Made by a program: the position numbers and the translations under genes. A stretch of 62,440 nt of DNA, counting the filler, from Globobulimina sp. (Eukaryota): assembly GCA_003354225.1 (NCBI GenBank). It is 27 parts of 27 records of this genome, joined end to end, with 100 filler letters (N's around TTAATTAATTAA, not from the genome) between each part and the next. Parts side by side here need not be neighbours in the genome. Positions count along the whole stretch, not along the records: positions 37,074 to 39,289 come from PIVH01008141.1; positions 39,390 to 41,605 come from PIVH01008142.1; positions 41,706 to 43,921 come from PIVH01008143.1; positions 44,022 to 46,236 come from PIVH01008144.1; positions 46,337 to 48,551 come from PIVH01008145.1; 22 more parts are not named here. One strand, given 5' to 3'. Positions 37,074 to 48,651 of the stretch are shown piece after piece; position 1 is the stretch's first letter; every line of letters begins with the position of its first letter. Below the pieces are notes generated by a model. It searched no databases and had not been told where the DNA came from. It was given only the letters and a program-made list of their open reading frames with translations.

Positions 37074-39289
37074 AAAATTAAAACAGTTAGAATGTCAGAA
37101 TGAAAATGGTGTTAAATATCGTCAAATAATATCAATTTGTGAAGGTGTGAGTGGATTCAATAAAAGAGATCAACGGGAAATTCGACATATTTGTTTGCGA
37201 TCAGATTCATGGAAAATATACCAAAATGAAAAAAACAAAGTGATAACAAAGCAAATGGCAGAAACTGCGCCTTTGTTAAAAGACTGCTTTGGTGCAATGG
37301 ATGATGCAATGCAAAAAATACAGCGTGGCACACAAAATGCTTTGCTGCCCTCCAATTGCAAGAAAGCGTCATTACATAAGGTGGCCGAGGACGGTTTAAA
37401 AACAATTTGCAAATTCAAACGGGATAAATGCAAACAATACAAAGGAGAAAAGGTGATTAAGTTAAAAGCATTGACGGTTGTGACCGGAATTAGTGACTGC
37501 TGTTCGGAGATCATAAAGAACCAAAAAGATGTGGCTGACTCCATTTTATTAACAAAAAATATTTTAAAGTTGAAACCAACTCAACTTAAAAAAGCTAAAA
37601 AACAGTCATTGGAAATGAGAGTAAAAGAAAGAGTGAGCAATGCAGTTAGGAGAGCTTGGAAACCTTTTATTGGACAAGAAAATAAGTTGACATTAATGAA
37701 CAAAAAACAAATAACATTTGATGAGAAGAAACAGAAACAGCAACAGAGCGTAGTGCGTATTATTGATAATTCTTCAATCGAATGCGTTCCATTTTGTTAT
37801 ATTGGAATTACATCATTTGAGATAGACAGAGGCTATACATTTGACGATGAGAAGCTGCGGATTTCAATTGTTTTGAAGAAAAACCCAGCCAAAAACACAA
37901 AATATTACCTTTTTGAACGTGCAAAAGGAAAAAAGCAATGTTTGACGGTAATAAATATAAACAAAGGTCAAATATATTATGAAGCAGAGGTTGATTTGAT
38001 TGAATTTGAGGAAGATTCTGAAACTGAGATGGATGGATATGACGAGACAGGAAATGAAAATTGTAAACACTTAATTGGTGTTTATAGAGATAAAAAGAAA
38101 AGAAAAATTATTTCCAATTTCATTGAATTAGTATTACCAGAAATTGATGAATTCGAATCAAAAGACGTCGCAAAAACTGTGGCAATATCAAGCATCAAAG
38201 CAGTCAAAGGAAGTGACGATAATATCAGAGTTGTTTGGGGCTGTCCGGCAAAAATAAATGTTTTTGCAACATGCACTGTGGCATACAAAGTAACTGTAAC
38301 ATATATTGGTAAAAATAACAATAAAACAGAGTTAACAGACAAAATTATCAACAAATTACCACTAATAATACCATACAAAGATATGTCAATTTCAATGCAA
38401 ATTACAACCATCATTTCCACTGAAACGGATATTATTAAATCTAAAGCAGTGCAAATTATTATCAGTGATCAACTGATTGAGACAGAAAAACCGTCAAAAA
38501 AAATATGCAACATACAAAATAATCAACGTAGTAAACCAAAATTAAACAAGAAAGCAAAAGCAGCAAAAGAGGAGAAATCAGCACAGAAACAACCTGTATG
38601 CGGTGCGTACAGAGCCTCGTTTTCATCGGGGATGTAGGGCTCGTATTTATTTCCAAAACAGCCTGTATGCAGTTGCAGTGCGTACAGAGCCTCGTTTTCA
38701 TCCGGGATTTATGGCTCGTATTTATTTGCAAAACAGATTGCCTCTGATCATGACTCTGAGATTGCTCGCAAAGAAAATGAATGTTTGGATTTGTTGTATA
38801 ATTATGTGAGTAGCGAGAATTTAAGAGCATGGATGATAGAAAAACAATTTAATTCGGCGAAAATCTGTAGAGATATTAAAAATGGGAATACATCACAGAT
38901 TAAGTCATTTGATGCTGGCATATTTAAGAAAATTGTGAAATTCACAGAAAGTAAAGCATGGAAAACAAAGCAAAAAGAGCTTCTGTTAATAAGTTCAGCC
39001 AAACTTTGGAATGTGTTGGATGACGGAGTGGTTAATATTTTGTCTTCAGATTTAGTTACAATTGAGATTGCCATGGAATATTTTAAATTCTTTGGAAAAT
39101 TCAAAGCATCATTCCACAAATTGGTTGAATTGAATCCTCCACAAACTGCCGTTCAAACAGCCACAAATAAAGCAAAGCATTTCATGAGAAGCATGGTCGC
39201 CAAAATTGTGACAATTTCCAATGAAAAGATTGATGAAAATCGGAACAATCAAATTTTAAACGCATTAGAACGGGTAGCCAGTGATATAA
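37074..39289 (+). CDS. Large hypothetical Lys-rich protein, partial at both ends, interrupted by duplicated introns 38596-38661 and 38665-38736
   Basis: ORF 37147 and ORF 38785 join in phase (KQP-IASDHDSEIARKENECLDLLYN) when the GT-AG segments are removed. Confidence 0.7.
38596..38736 (+). repeat. Tandem pair of paralogous intron-like units (66 and 72 bp) separated by CCT
   Basis: Both begin GTATGC, share GTGCGTACAGAGCCTCGTTTTCATC.GGGAT.TA.GGCTCGTATTTATTT.CAAAACAG, and end in CAG. Confidence 0.88.
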
Positions 39290-39389
39290 NNNNNNNNNNN
39301 NNNNNNNNNNNNNNNNNNNNNNNNNNNNNNNNNTTAATTAATTAANNNNNNNNNNNNNNNNNNNNNNNNNNNNNNNNNNNNNNNNNNNN

Positions 39390-39842
39390 AATATTTTAAA
39401 AGAAAAAAAACATTTTTATCAGAAAACAAATGTTGTTTCAACTTTTTCTTTGAATAATAAACAATATGTGATACAAAGTGGATATATTAAAGATTGTGTA
39501 TTTTTTGGAGTGTCCAAAGTGGAACAATTAATGCATAAAATTGGTGGATATACAATGGATATATCCAATGTATCACAATTAGCAACAACATTATCTAAAG
39601 AAAAACTGTTAAAAAGCCATTCAGAAAAAAAAGCTTTATCTATTGTCTTATTATCAGATCCAAACAATACAAATACAAAAGATATTAAAATAAAAATATC
39701 AAATGGAATGAAAATGTGTTGTGATTGTCATAACTTTTTTTGTCAAGTCTCCAAAGTTTATAATCATCGAAATATTCTATGTATTGATGATAAGGGAATG
39801 CATATTTTCAAAAATGGTAAATGTCTATTATGCCACACTTAA
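39390..39842 (+). CDS. DYW-type deaminase domain, C-terminal fragment (likely a second PPR-DYW gene)
   Basis: Frame open from the contig start; GYTMDIS...LKSHSEKKAL...MKMCCDCHNFF...D..GMHIFKNGKCLLC. Confidence 0.88.
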   Translation, partial: NILKEKKHFYQKTNVVSTFSLNNKQYVIQSGYIKDCVFFGVSKVEQLMHKIGGYTMDISNVSQLATTLSKEKLLKSHSEKKALSIVLLSDPNNTNTKDIKIKISNGMKMCCDCHNFFCQVSKVYNHRNILCIDDKGMHIFKNGKCLLCHT

Positions 39843-39891
39843 ATAACTTCACTGAGTTCACTCCTTTTCTGCTTCCTAGATCGAGAGTATA

Positions 39892-41605
39892 ATGTTAAAT
39901 TTGATCAACTCACTTAAAGATCTTGCAATGTTAGCCAGCTCAGAAAAGGACCACCATTCTGATGACGAAGATATCGACGGGTTAATAGCCGCAGTATTAC
40001 AAGACATTGAAACAAAGGAAGCAATGAACGAAGGACCTGAAGGATCTGCGACAGCTCCTGAGACACAAACAAATTCAAATATTAATCAAAACGACAACAA
40101 TAACAACAACCACAGCAATATTAACAATAACAACAATAACAACAATAGCAACAGCAACACCCATAGCAATACCCATAGCAACACACAGATTCAGCCTCAA
40201 CCACAACCACTAAACAAACGAGACCAAAACAACCAAAATAATTCACACCAAATGGCACCGCAATTAATATTTCGGGAATCACTGTCACAACAATCATTGT
40301 CGCGGCAATCAATAAATTCACTGTCTTCGAGAAGTACTTCAAATGAATCAAATCAGTTAATTGTATACACAACAAAAACACACCGAAATTATATCCATTT
40401 TTATGCTCTCCACATGTACAAAATATTAGCGCTGCAATGAAACTAAAAAAAGTCACCAGTTTCACATTCCCAGTCACCGCCAAACAGTCTCTCCAAAATT
40501 TAAAAAGCTGCGTCAAAAAAATCGGCCATATCTTATCCGAAGTGGACGAAGATAAAAATGGAGAGATTGATTATGAAGAATTTCAAGAAGGGCTAAGGAA
40601 CATTGATAGCAATTTATTACCAAATGAAATTGAAGAAATCTATCAACACTTTGCCTGGAATGATTGCGACGAATTAAATATTAAGTTATTTATAAATTTG
40701 TTATTTCAGCGATGTAAAAAGATTAAAACTGTAAAAAACACCAATATTTCACCCAAATATATCTTAAATATTGCCTTTAAATCTGATGTATTTCGCGATA
40801 AATCGCCGCCGCCGCCATCGCCATCATCATTGCCCACCGCAACTAATCACATCGACGACGGACATGGCGATAAATTGAATAAAATCTATGATATTTTGGC
40901 GGAAAAGGACGACGATGAAAATTTATTTATTGATTGGAATGAATTCGAGGAAGCTATGATCGATTTAGGCGTAAAAATGAGCCGAAATAATTTGAAAATT
41001 GTCTATAAAATTCTCATCAAAAAACAAGGAAATAATAATAAAGAATTAAATATAAAACAATTTATGTCCCCTCTCTCCACATTAAAATGTATCGAGTCCA
41101 TGGAAGCCAATCAAATCATACAACAATATTTCGAGCCTATGATCCCAATCAAGAAGAAAATATTCAATCATCCTTTGCGTCGCGGTCGAAAAAACTCCAA
41201 AAAAAACGGACATCGCAAAAATTTCAGCACTTTCGACCATAGCCATAGCTCAAAAAATATGCGTTTCCAACCAAAAATCAAAAAGAAGTCTAAACATAAT
41301 CGTTACGCCTCGTTAACCAATCTCGCCAACGTATCGATAATGAAAAAAAGCAATTGCAGTTTGATCGTATTATCTGCGCTGAAAAAACAATTACATGAAG
41401 TGGACGAAGACGAGAACAACAAAATCGATTATCAGGAATTTAAAGAGGTATTATTGAGCCTGAAATCGTCGATTACCGGCATTGAATCGTACAAAATATT
41501 TTATAATTTGGTCGAGCGCAACGAAGACGAGCTGGATGTCGATAAATTAGTGGCGGCCATGAAACATTGTTATAAGTTATATCCAAACATCAGCGGTGAT
41601 GAATG
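39892..41605 (+). CDS. Multi-EF-hand protein with Asn/Gln-rich N-terminus, 3' partial (intron near 40355-40430, exact ends uncertain)
   Basis: EF loops DEDKNGEIDYEE, DDDENLFIDWNE and DEDENNKIDYQE. Confidence 0.8.
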
Positions 41606-41841
41606 NNNNNNNNNNNNNNNNNNNNNNNNNNNNNNNNNNNNNNNNNNNNTTAATTAATTAANNNNNNNNNNNNNNNNNNNNNNNNNNNNNNNNNNNNNNN
41701 NNNNNTAAGCTACCATCGTCTGCTGAGATTAGTGTGTATACACCATCACCTTTTTTCTCTTCTTCTTCTTGGCTTTGTTGCGACATCTTACCCTTACTTT
41801 CTTCAATCAATTAAAATTATCAAAAACACTTTTTTTTTTCA

Positions 41842-43921
41842 ATGAGTTCGTCTTCAAAAAGGCCTCGGTCCGTGAATTCATGGCTAAAATTCAATAAAAC
41901 AGCGATTGCAAATGATAAATATAATTTGAGTGATAGCATGAAGGAAATGTTAACAACGGGTTACATTCGAAGCGAAACAAACAACAAAATAGAACTATCA
42001 TTGGATGTTGTTGGCTTATTGATAAAATACATGTTTATTGATTATAAGAAACCCAACATTTCTTTGTGTGTAATTGGCGGCCTTAGTATGTAATCATGCA
42101 TCTATTTTTTACAGTATCATTAATATCAAACCAATACTTTGCATAGATTCAGGGAAATCCACTTTGTGTGGGAGATTATTGTATGATTTAGGTGCTAAAA
42201 CACAACATGATCTGAATAAAGCTCAAGAAGAAGCTATAAGATTACACAGAGCACCAAACGACAAATTTGCTTTTCTTTTGAATCAACACTACATAGAAAA
42301 AGTGAGAGGTGTTTCTGTTGATTATCATATAACACATTTTTATTCTCAATTTTATCATTATACATTGATTGATGTTCCTGGACATGAAGCTTATGTTAAA
42401 AATATGATTTATGGATCATCGCAATCGGACGTGGCAATATTAACTGTAGCAGCAAATGAAGGTAGTTTTGAAGCATCCAAAGCAAACCCTAAAAAAGCTA
42501 AAATTGTTGGGTTTGCTCGCGAACATTCAAGGATTTGTCATATATTAGGGATCAAACAATTAATTGTTTGTATCAATAAAATGGATCATTCCTCGCCTGC
42601 GGTGATGCAAGAAACAAAATTCAACGAAATTACAGCCGCAGTCCGCAAAATGCTCTCCAAAATTGGGTATGTTCAGATTGCTATTCTGCGATTTCCGAGA
42701 TATGCGCAGTTAAAAACATATTAATGTTTGTTTACAGATATAAAACAAAAAAGATTCCATTCATTCCCATTTGTGCCATTACCGGAGAGAATGTAGTGAA
42801 ACCATCGCCAAATATGCATTGGTATAAAGGCTTTACTGTTACAGTAAAAAAGCAGATTATTCGAGGACACACATTATTGGATGCGATTGATAACATCGTC
42901 AAACTACCAACACGTACAACCCATAAACCATTCAGGTTTGCTGTTTAGTGCAACTATGTAATGAATCAGCGACTGTACATAGTTAAAATACCAGACTCGC
43001 AGTCTCGAAAATATTCAGAATTCACATTGTTGGCATAGTGGTTGGTGGCCGCATCGCGCAAGGAATTATCAGACAGAACGATTGGATTACACTGCATCCA
43101 TCAAACAGGCATGCACAAGTTAAGAGCATTCAAACTCATTACAAATCAGTACAAGAAGCTGCTGCTGGGGACCAAGTTGGCGTTGCATTGAAAGGTGTGG
43201 CTGATGATTACTGTCAACGCTTCGATGTAATGTATGTAACGCGAGAATCTGCCACAGCAACAGCTGCGACGTCATTTACTGCGCAAGTGTTTGTGCGAAA
43301 ACATCCGGGCAGGTTAAAAGCGGCAAAACAGGATTTGATAAAGGGACGGTATATCGGTGGGTATACACCGATTGTTTGTGTGAATGGAAAAAGATGCACT
43401 GCTCAGATGGTGAAAATATTATGGAAAGCGGGCAGATCTACCAATGGTGAAAGGGTTGATTCTCCCGCTTACATCCAACAAGGTGACAATGCGCAAGTTA
43501 GGTTTAAACCGAATGCATCGATTATTGTGATGCCCTTTGCTGAGTGTAAGCCATTTGGGCGGATAATTGTAATGGATCATAATATGGTGGTTATGATTGG
43601 GAAAGTCACTGCGGTGCAACAAACTGATTTGGCAATGAAGGCTAAAAAGTCCAAAGCTAAGAATAAAAAGGATATTGAAAGTGCATGGATGGCCGGTGTT
43701 GCTTTGAGAATGAGAGTGACGTTAAGCTATCAACTGCAACTAAAGGTGACTATTATTACAAGAGATGACTGGATTAATAAGAATCGGATTTCTCAATTTG
43801 ATGGTTTGGTGAATAAAATATACTTAAAATTTCCTCAATTAAAAATAAATAAAAACCGATATGTGTTGAAAATTATGGCCTTTCGATTTCATGAATATGT
43901 ACAAATAAAAAATACTGCAGA
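41842..43921 (+). CDS. Divergent EF-1alpha-like (EFL) translational GTPase paralog with N- and C-terminal extensions; several ~60-nt introns; 3' partial
   Basis: Spliced G1 GGLNSGKST (intron 42086-42146), RGVSV, HYTLIDVPGH, NKMD. EFL-style GRLLYDLG, YKTKKIPFIP, MHWYKGF and HPGRLK...GGYTP segments. Confidence 0.85.
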
Positions 43922-44021
43922 NNNNNNNNNNNNNNNNNNNNNNNNNNNNNNNNNNNNNNNNNNNNTTAATTAATTAANNNNNNNNNNNNNNNNNNNNNNN
44001 NNNNNNNNNNNNNNNNNNNNN

Positions 44022-45889
44022 AACGATTTATATCTTTTATTGCACAATCAGAGCCTATATATCCTACGGAACAGACACATTTATTCAAAGTGTCACTCCA
44101 TTCGCCCCAGTAACAACCAAAAGGTTTTGAGCTTTTCCCGCAAACAGCATCAACATTTGGACACTTTATAAACACGCCATATTGCACAGATTGTATCCAT
44201 TGCAGTGCATCACTTCTTAAACAAGAAATATATTCATATCCGTTGCTCATAGTGACTCGTATGCCATTATAGCGATGATTGTATGCGTCATAACCGACAC
44301 ATTCATGTTTGAAGCAATATCCATGTTTGACTTTATTATTATTATCATCCGCAATCTCAACACAACGCGAATTAATTGCAAATACAGCAGAAGCATATAA
44401 CGTCTTTTGTTGTGGTGCTGAGTAGACATTGCCTCGCAAATCAAAACATGTTTCCTCATAATCGGTATAAATCGAATGTGTTTCTGGTATTCTAAATGCA
44501 CAAAAATCGTGCGATTCAGGTCCAGCAAATTGTGCATCCGCATAATACTTAAATTGCGATGGTATAACACCTGTTTTCTGATTGACACACTCTGACACTG
44601 TGCTGTAATCATAGGAACATCCTCCATCCGCTGACGCTGTGCACCAATATTGCTCAAAATTGGAGCTTGAGGTTGATGTACTCATACAATCGGCGTTGAA
44701 AAACTGACAACTTTCACCCATTCCCCATGTAAAGTAATCAGCATATTCATAGTCAACAGCATACCATCCACTGTCTTGCATTAAAGCGAGTGTGAAATAA
44801 CTCAGATATTGCACTGCAGAATACATTGTGCCGCACATTAGTTCAGATTGAAGGTATTTGCCTTCCCAATGCGAGCCAATTGTGCCCACTGCGCCATTAT
44901 TCTCCAACGGCGCACCTATTAATGTGGCACAATGGAAGTGATTCTCAGAGATTTGTTTCACTGTTTTGGTTGTAATGTATGTATTATCTGTTCCTGGCGC
45001 ATATGATAAAACATTGTGTTCGCCATAAAATTTGTTTGTTTGTAAATTAAAAAAATACGGAAATAAACTGTTACTCATTACTAAAATATGCATGATTTCA
45101 TGTAATGTTACTCCAACATCGAATTTCCAATAAGTTGTGTCCAATGCACCAGGGCAAAAATTGATGGTTCCTGATATTGGTCGTCCGTATTGGTCTAAAT
45201 TGCATATTGATGCCCATGCCAATGTTTTGCCGGTTAATGCGCATTGACCGCTGTTGTATGATACGTAAATCACAACGTCTGCGTCCGCAACACCTATTTT
45301 ATTGTTTTTATATGTTCTAAGTTTGTGCCTTGTTTTTGTTTGTATGTCGTGTACCTGTTCCTGCTTCGTTGTACTTGAATGATTGCAGTGTATTTGGATC
45401 ATAATACCAACTCTCTGCGATGTGGGAATCCGGAATTGTGGCATATTGGCATTTTAATTGTGTTTGGTAGTCTGACAATGGACATACATTATAAATGAAT
45501 GAATCATAATTCCATAGACGTTGACAACGGTTAATTAGCAATGGATATTGAACGGGGATTACTTTTACAAATTGTTCAAGATAAAGAATTGAGGCTGATA
45601 CTAATGATTTGATGTAAGATATTTTATCCATTGATAATGTATTGCTGTTAATCAGCAATGGATCGTAATATGGACGGATGCGAATAGACTCATATTGTGC
45701 TGATTGTAATAGTTTTCGTTTATTTGTATTTTTGGTGTTGAATGGATGATTCTTGTATGCAACATATTGCTGTGATATTGTATGATCTATCTTATCATGA
45801 ATGCAGTCATGAGTTTTATGAATTTTATCATGTGCAAATACAGTGGCAATTGTCAAAATAATTAGTACTGATAAGCACTTTATCATCAT
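44022..45889 (-). CDS. Leishmanolysin/GP63-like M8 metallopeptidase (intron 45354-45294), 3' partial
   Basis: Signal peptide, HDCIHD propeptide, GRPISGTINFCP, LHEIMH zinc motif, GSHWE, SELM, LALMQDSGWY, and an EGF-like C-terminal segment. Confidence 0.95.
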
Positions 45890-46344
45890 TTGTGCAACTT
45901 TATGAGCTAGCTATAGATTATATTGCAAACTCGAAAATTATTTTAGACCCGAAGACATGATTTGAGCTGAAGAACACGTACGATAAAAACTCTGCATCAT
46001 ATCTAACTTGGTCATTTTTACTGTTTTACATCACAAATCACAACAAATCAAGAACATATTATACTATGGAATACATATCGAGTGCCGCTTCATTCAAAAT
46101 CATCATAATCATATAGAGTTAAGGTATTGTATTACGGTTATTTACATATAAAATCTCCGTCTATTTGTATGCATAAAACGAAAAGTTTTGATTCTGTGCA
46201 GCTAAAATATTAATAAATAGTGGCTGCATTACCGTCNNNNNNNNNNNNNNNNNNNNNNNNNNNNNNNNNNNNNNNNNNNNTTAATTAATTAANNNNNNNN
46301 NNNNNNNNNNNNNNNNNNNNNNNNNNNNNNNNNNNNTTCGTTTC

Positions 46345-46432
46345 GTTTTTGGGTTAGCTAGAGTGGTTTTGAACCTAGTATTCGAAGTTGACCTAGTATT
46401 CGCTCCACTTTTGGAAATTGACCTAGTATTCG
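46345..46432. repeat. Interspersed repeat end: 26 bp shared with 4510-4535, followed by three ACCTAGTATTCG copies
   Basis: gtttttgggttagctagagtggtttt lies at the ends of two unrelated contigs. The 12-mer starts at 46373, 46391 and 46421. Confidence 0.75.
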
Positions 46433-46736
46433 AAGTGAGCGGACTTCCAGTTTTGGAGTTATCGCTCACCACAATAAATTAGCTCAATATTTGTGTCTGC
46501 AGTGTATGAACGAAATGGTTTCCTCTAAGATTTGGTATACACAAATTTACACGGATTTGAATGAAAAACAAGTTGGTATAGAATTAAAAAATATAATATA
46601 TAACACAGAAAGAAAAGAAAAAATATAATTAATAGATTTGTATAAAGAAAAAATATAGAATTAAAAAATATAATTAAAACACAGAAAGATAAAAAAAGAC
46701 AATATATCTTACACTCCCAGAACATTTCAGTTTATC

Positions 46737-48058
46737 TCATGGGAGTTTAAAAACATGAACACTTTGATCTTTTTGTCCGCAGAGCCATGGTTGGTGATCG
46801 TCGCCTCGTTTCGCAGAATCACTCACCATCACAAACTCAAACTCATTCACAAACGCAACGCCTTCCACATTGCAGAAAACCACCTCACAATCTCCGCCAT
46901 ATGGAAACGGATATATTTCCTCTTCATACTCTGCATCGAAAACAGGGCCGCCGTCCAACGACCAGACAACTTCACCGATATAAAAGGCCGAAGTCGCCTG
47001 ACTCACAATCGCCACATCGTACACATTATCCGCGCCCGAACTGTTATCACTCTTAAACTGAAAATCCGAATAATCCTCAAATTCAATATACGATGGCAAC
47101 TCGAATATATTTATCACATTATACACACAGTAAATCAGCGCGTCCATCAAATATTGATAGCGAGCATCTGCGCTAATATCAGTGGCTGCAAATTCGAGTA
47201 AAACTATCCTGCCATTTCCAGCACTCCTTCCTTCGTCAGAAGAGGCGCAAAAATTGCCTTCGCAGAGCGCCACAAAATATTTCTGATCATCAATGCTGAG
47301 CAAATCCAAACCTTCCAAGCCTTTGTTGCCTGTCGGCATCGACATATTAACCGCACAAATTTGCGTCTGCGCGTAAGTGGACGGCGAGGCTTCATTGTAG
47401 ACTGCAGAGCGAATTATGGGATGAAAGATTTCTTCCCCATCCACCTCAAAGCCGTCAGCAAATAAAGAATATCTGTTTCTGAGTCTCGCGTAATTCCTTC
47501 GTAGCCATCGTCGTCTTTATTGATTTTGATGTCTGTGGAAGGTGCAAGCAATGTGTTGTCTGCATTTCTGCTCAAATCCGATGTTAATTTGCTGATTGAA
47601 TGTATGTTATCGAAAACTACCCAGTAAACATCGCGTGATCTGTCATATGCAACACTCGACGCTTCGTATTTCTTTTCGTTGTCTCCATTCTTGATTAGAC
47701 CGCCAATATTTTGGCTGTATTCTTCTTTCAAAACAGATTTAAAATAATCTGCTTGCTGGCAAAATGGAACTGGAAGTGTGGAATTTGTATTATTGGCAGA
47801 ATTGCTGCTATTTGTAATTGTGGAATTCGCCATCAACGCAGAATTGTCTTTGGATGAAGTTTGAGTGTTTAGTTTTGATGTTAGGATCGAATTCCACACA
47901 ATCAATGCGGTGAAAATAATGAAAATGAGCGAGATCAATGCCGCAGTTCCTTTTCTTTTTTGTGCGGTGTCTTGTATTTGTGGTGGCGATGTTGAATTTG
48001 TTGATACAGATGCATAAGATACTTTTGCAGCGGTCACCTCTACGGTTTGTGTTTGCAT
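46737..48058 (-). CDS. Membrane-anchored, probably beta-propeller, uncharacterised protein with an apparent 1-nt frameshift near 47445
   Basis: TM anchor, then repeated blade-like motifs YEASSV, YEGIT, NKGLEGL, ALCEGNFC, FEDYSD, FCNVEGV and KDQSVHVFKLP, split across two overlapping ORFs. Confidence 0.65.
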
Positions 48059-48084
48059 TTGTAGAGACTTGCTAATTTAGTTAG

Positions 48085-48265
48085 GGAATGTTCTAGTATT
48101 ACGTAATTAGAATTGATACCTAGGACCTAGGTGTCGTTAATTGTAATAAATTGTAATAACTTGTTTTTGCAAAGCTGGTCACTCCGATCTCAATTGTAAT
48201 AAATTGTAATTGATGACACCTAGGTCCTAGGTATCAATTCTAATTACGTAATACTAGAACATTCC
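48085..48265. mobile_element. 181-bp foldback/MITE-like palindrome with 51-bp perfect inverted arms
   Basis: 48085-48135 is the exact reverse complement of 48215-48265. The spacer holds aattgtaataaattgtaat twice. No clear TSD. Confidence 0.8.
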
Positions 48266-48651
48266 GGTATAGGTTGTAAGGAATAGGAAAGAGTAATTCG
48301 AAGGTGAGTAGAATATTAAAGTAGAAAGACTTAGTTAGAAAACATTCTAGTCAACACATAAAGTTAATGGCAAAGTAGCCTAAAAGAGGTGGCAATAATC
48401 CACATCACTCCTTTCTTAATAAGGGAAAGTAAATTAAATAGCTTTCAATCTCCATAGTCAGTCATCCGTCGGATCAATCATATCCAGAAACATCTGATCC
48501 TTCTGTCTATTATCAATCTGTAATAATGGATGTAAGCAATATGCATACATCNNNNNNNNNNNNNNNNNNNNNNNNNNNNNNNNNNNNNNNNNNNNTTAAT
48601 TAATTAANNNNNNNNNNNNNNNNNNNNNNNNNNNNNNNNNNNNNNNNNNNN

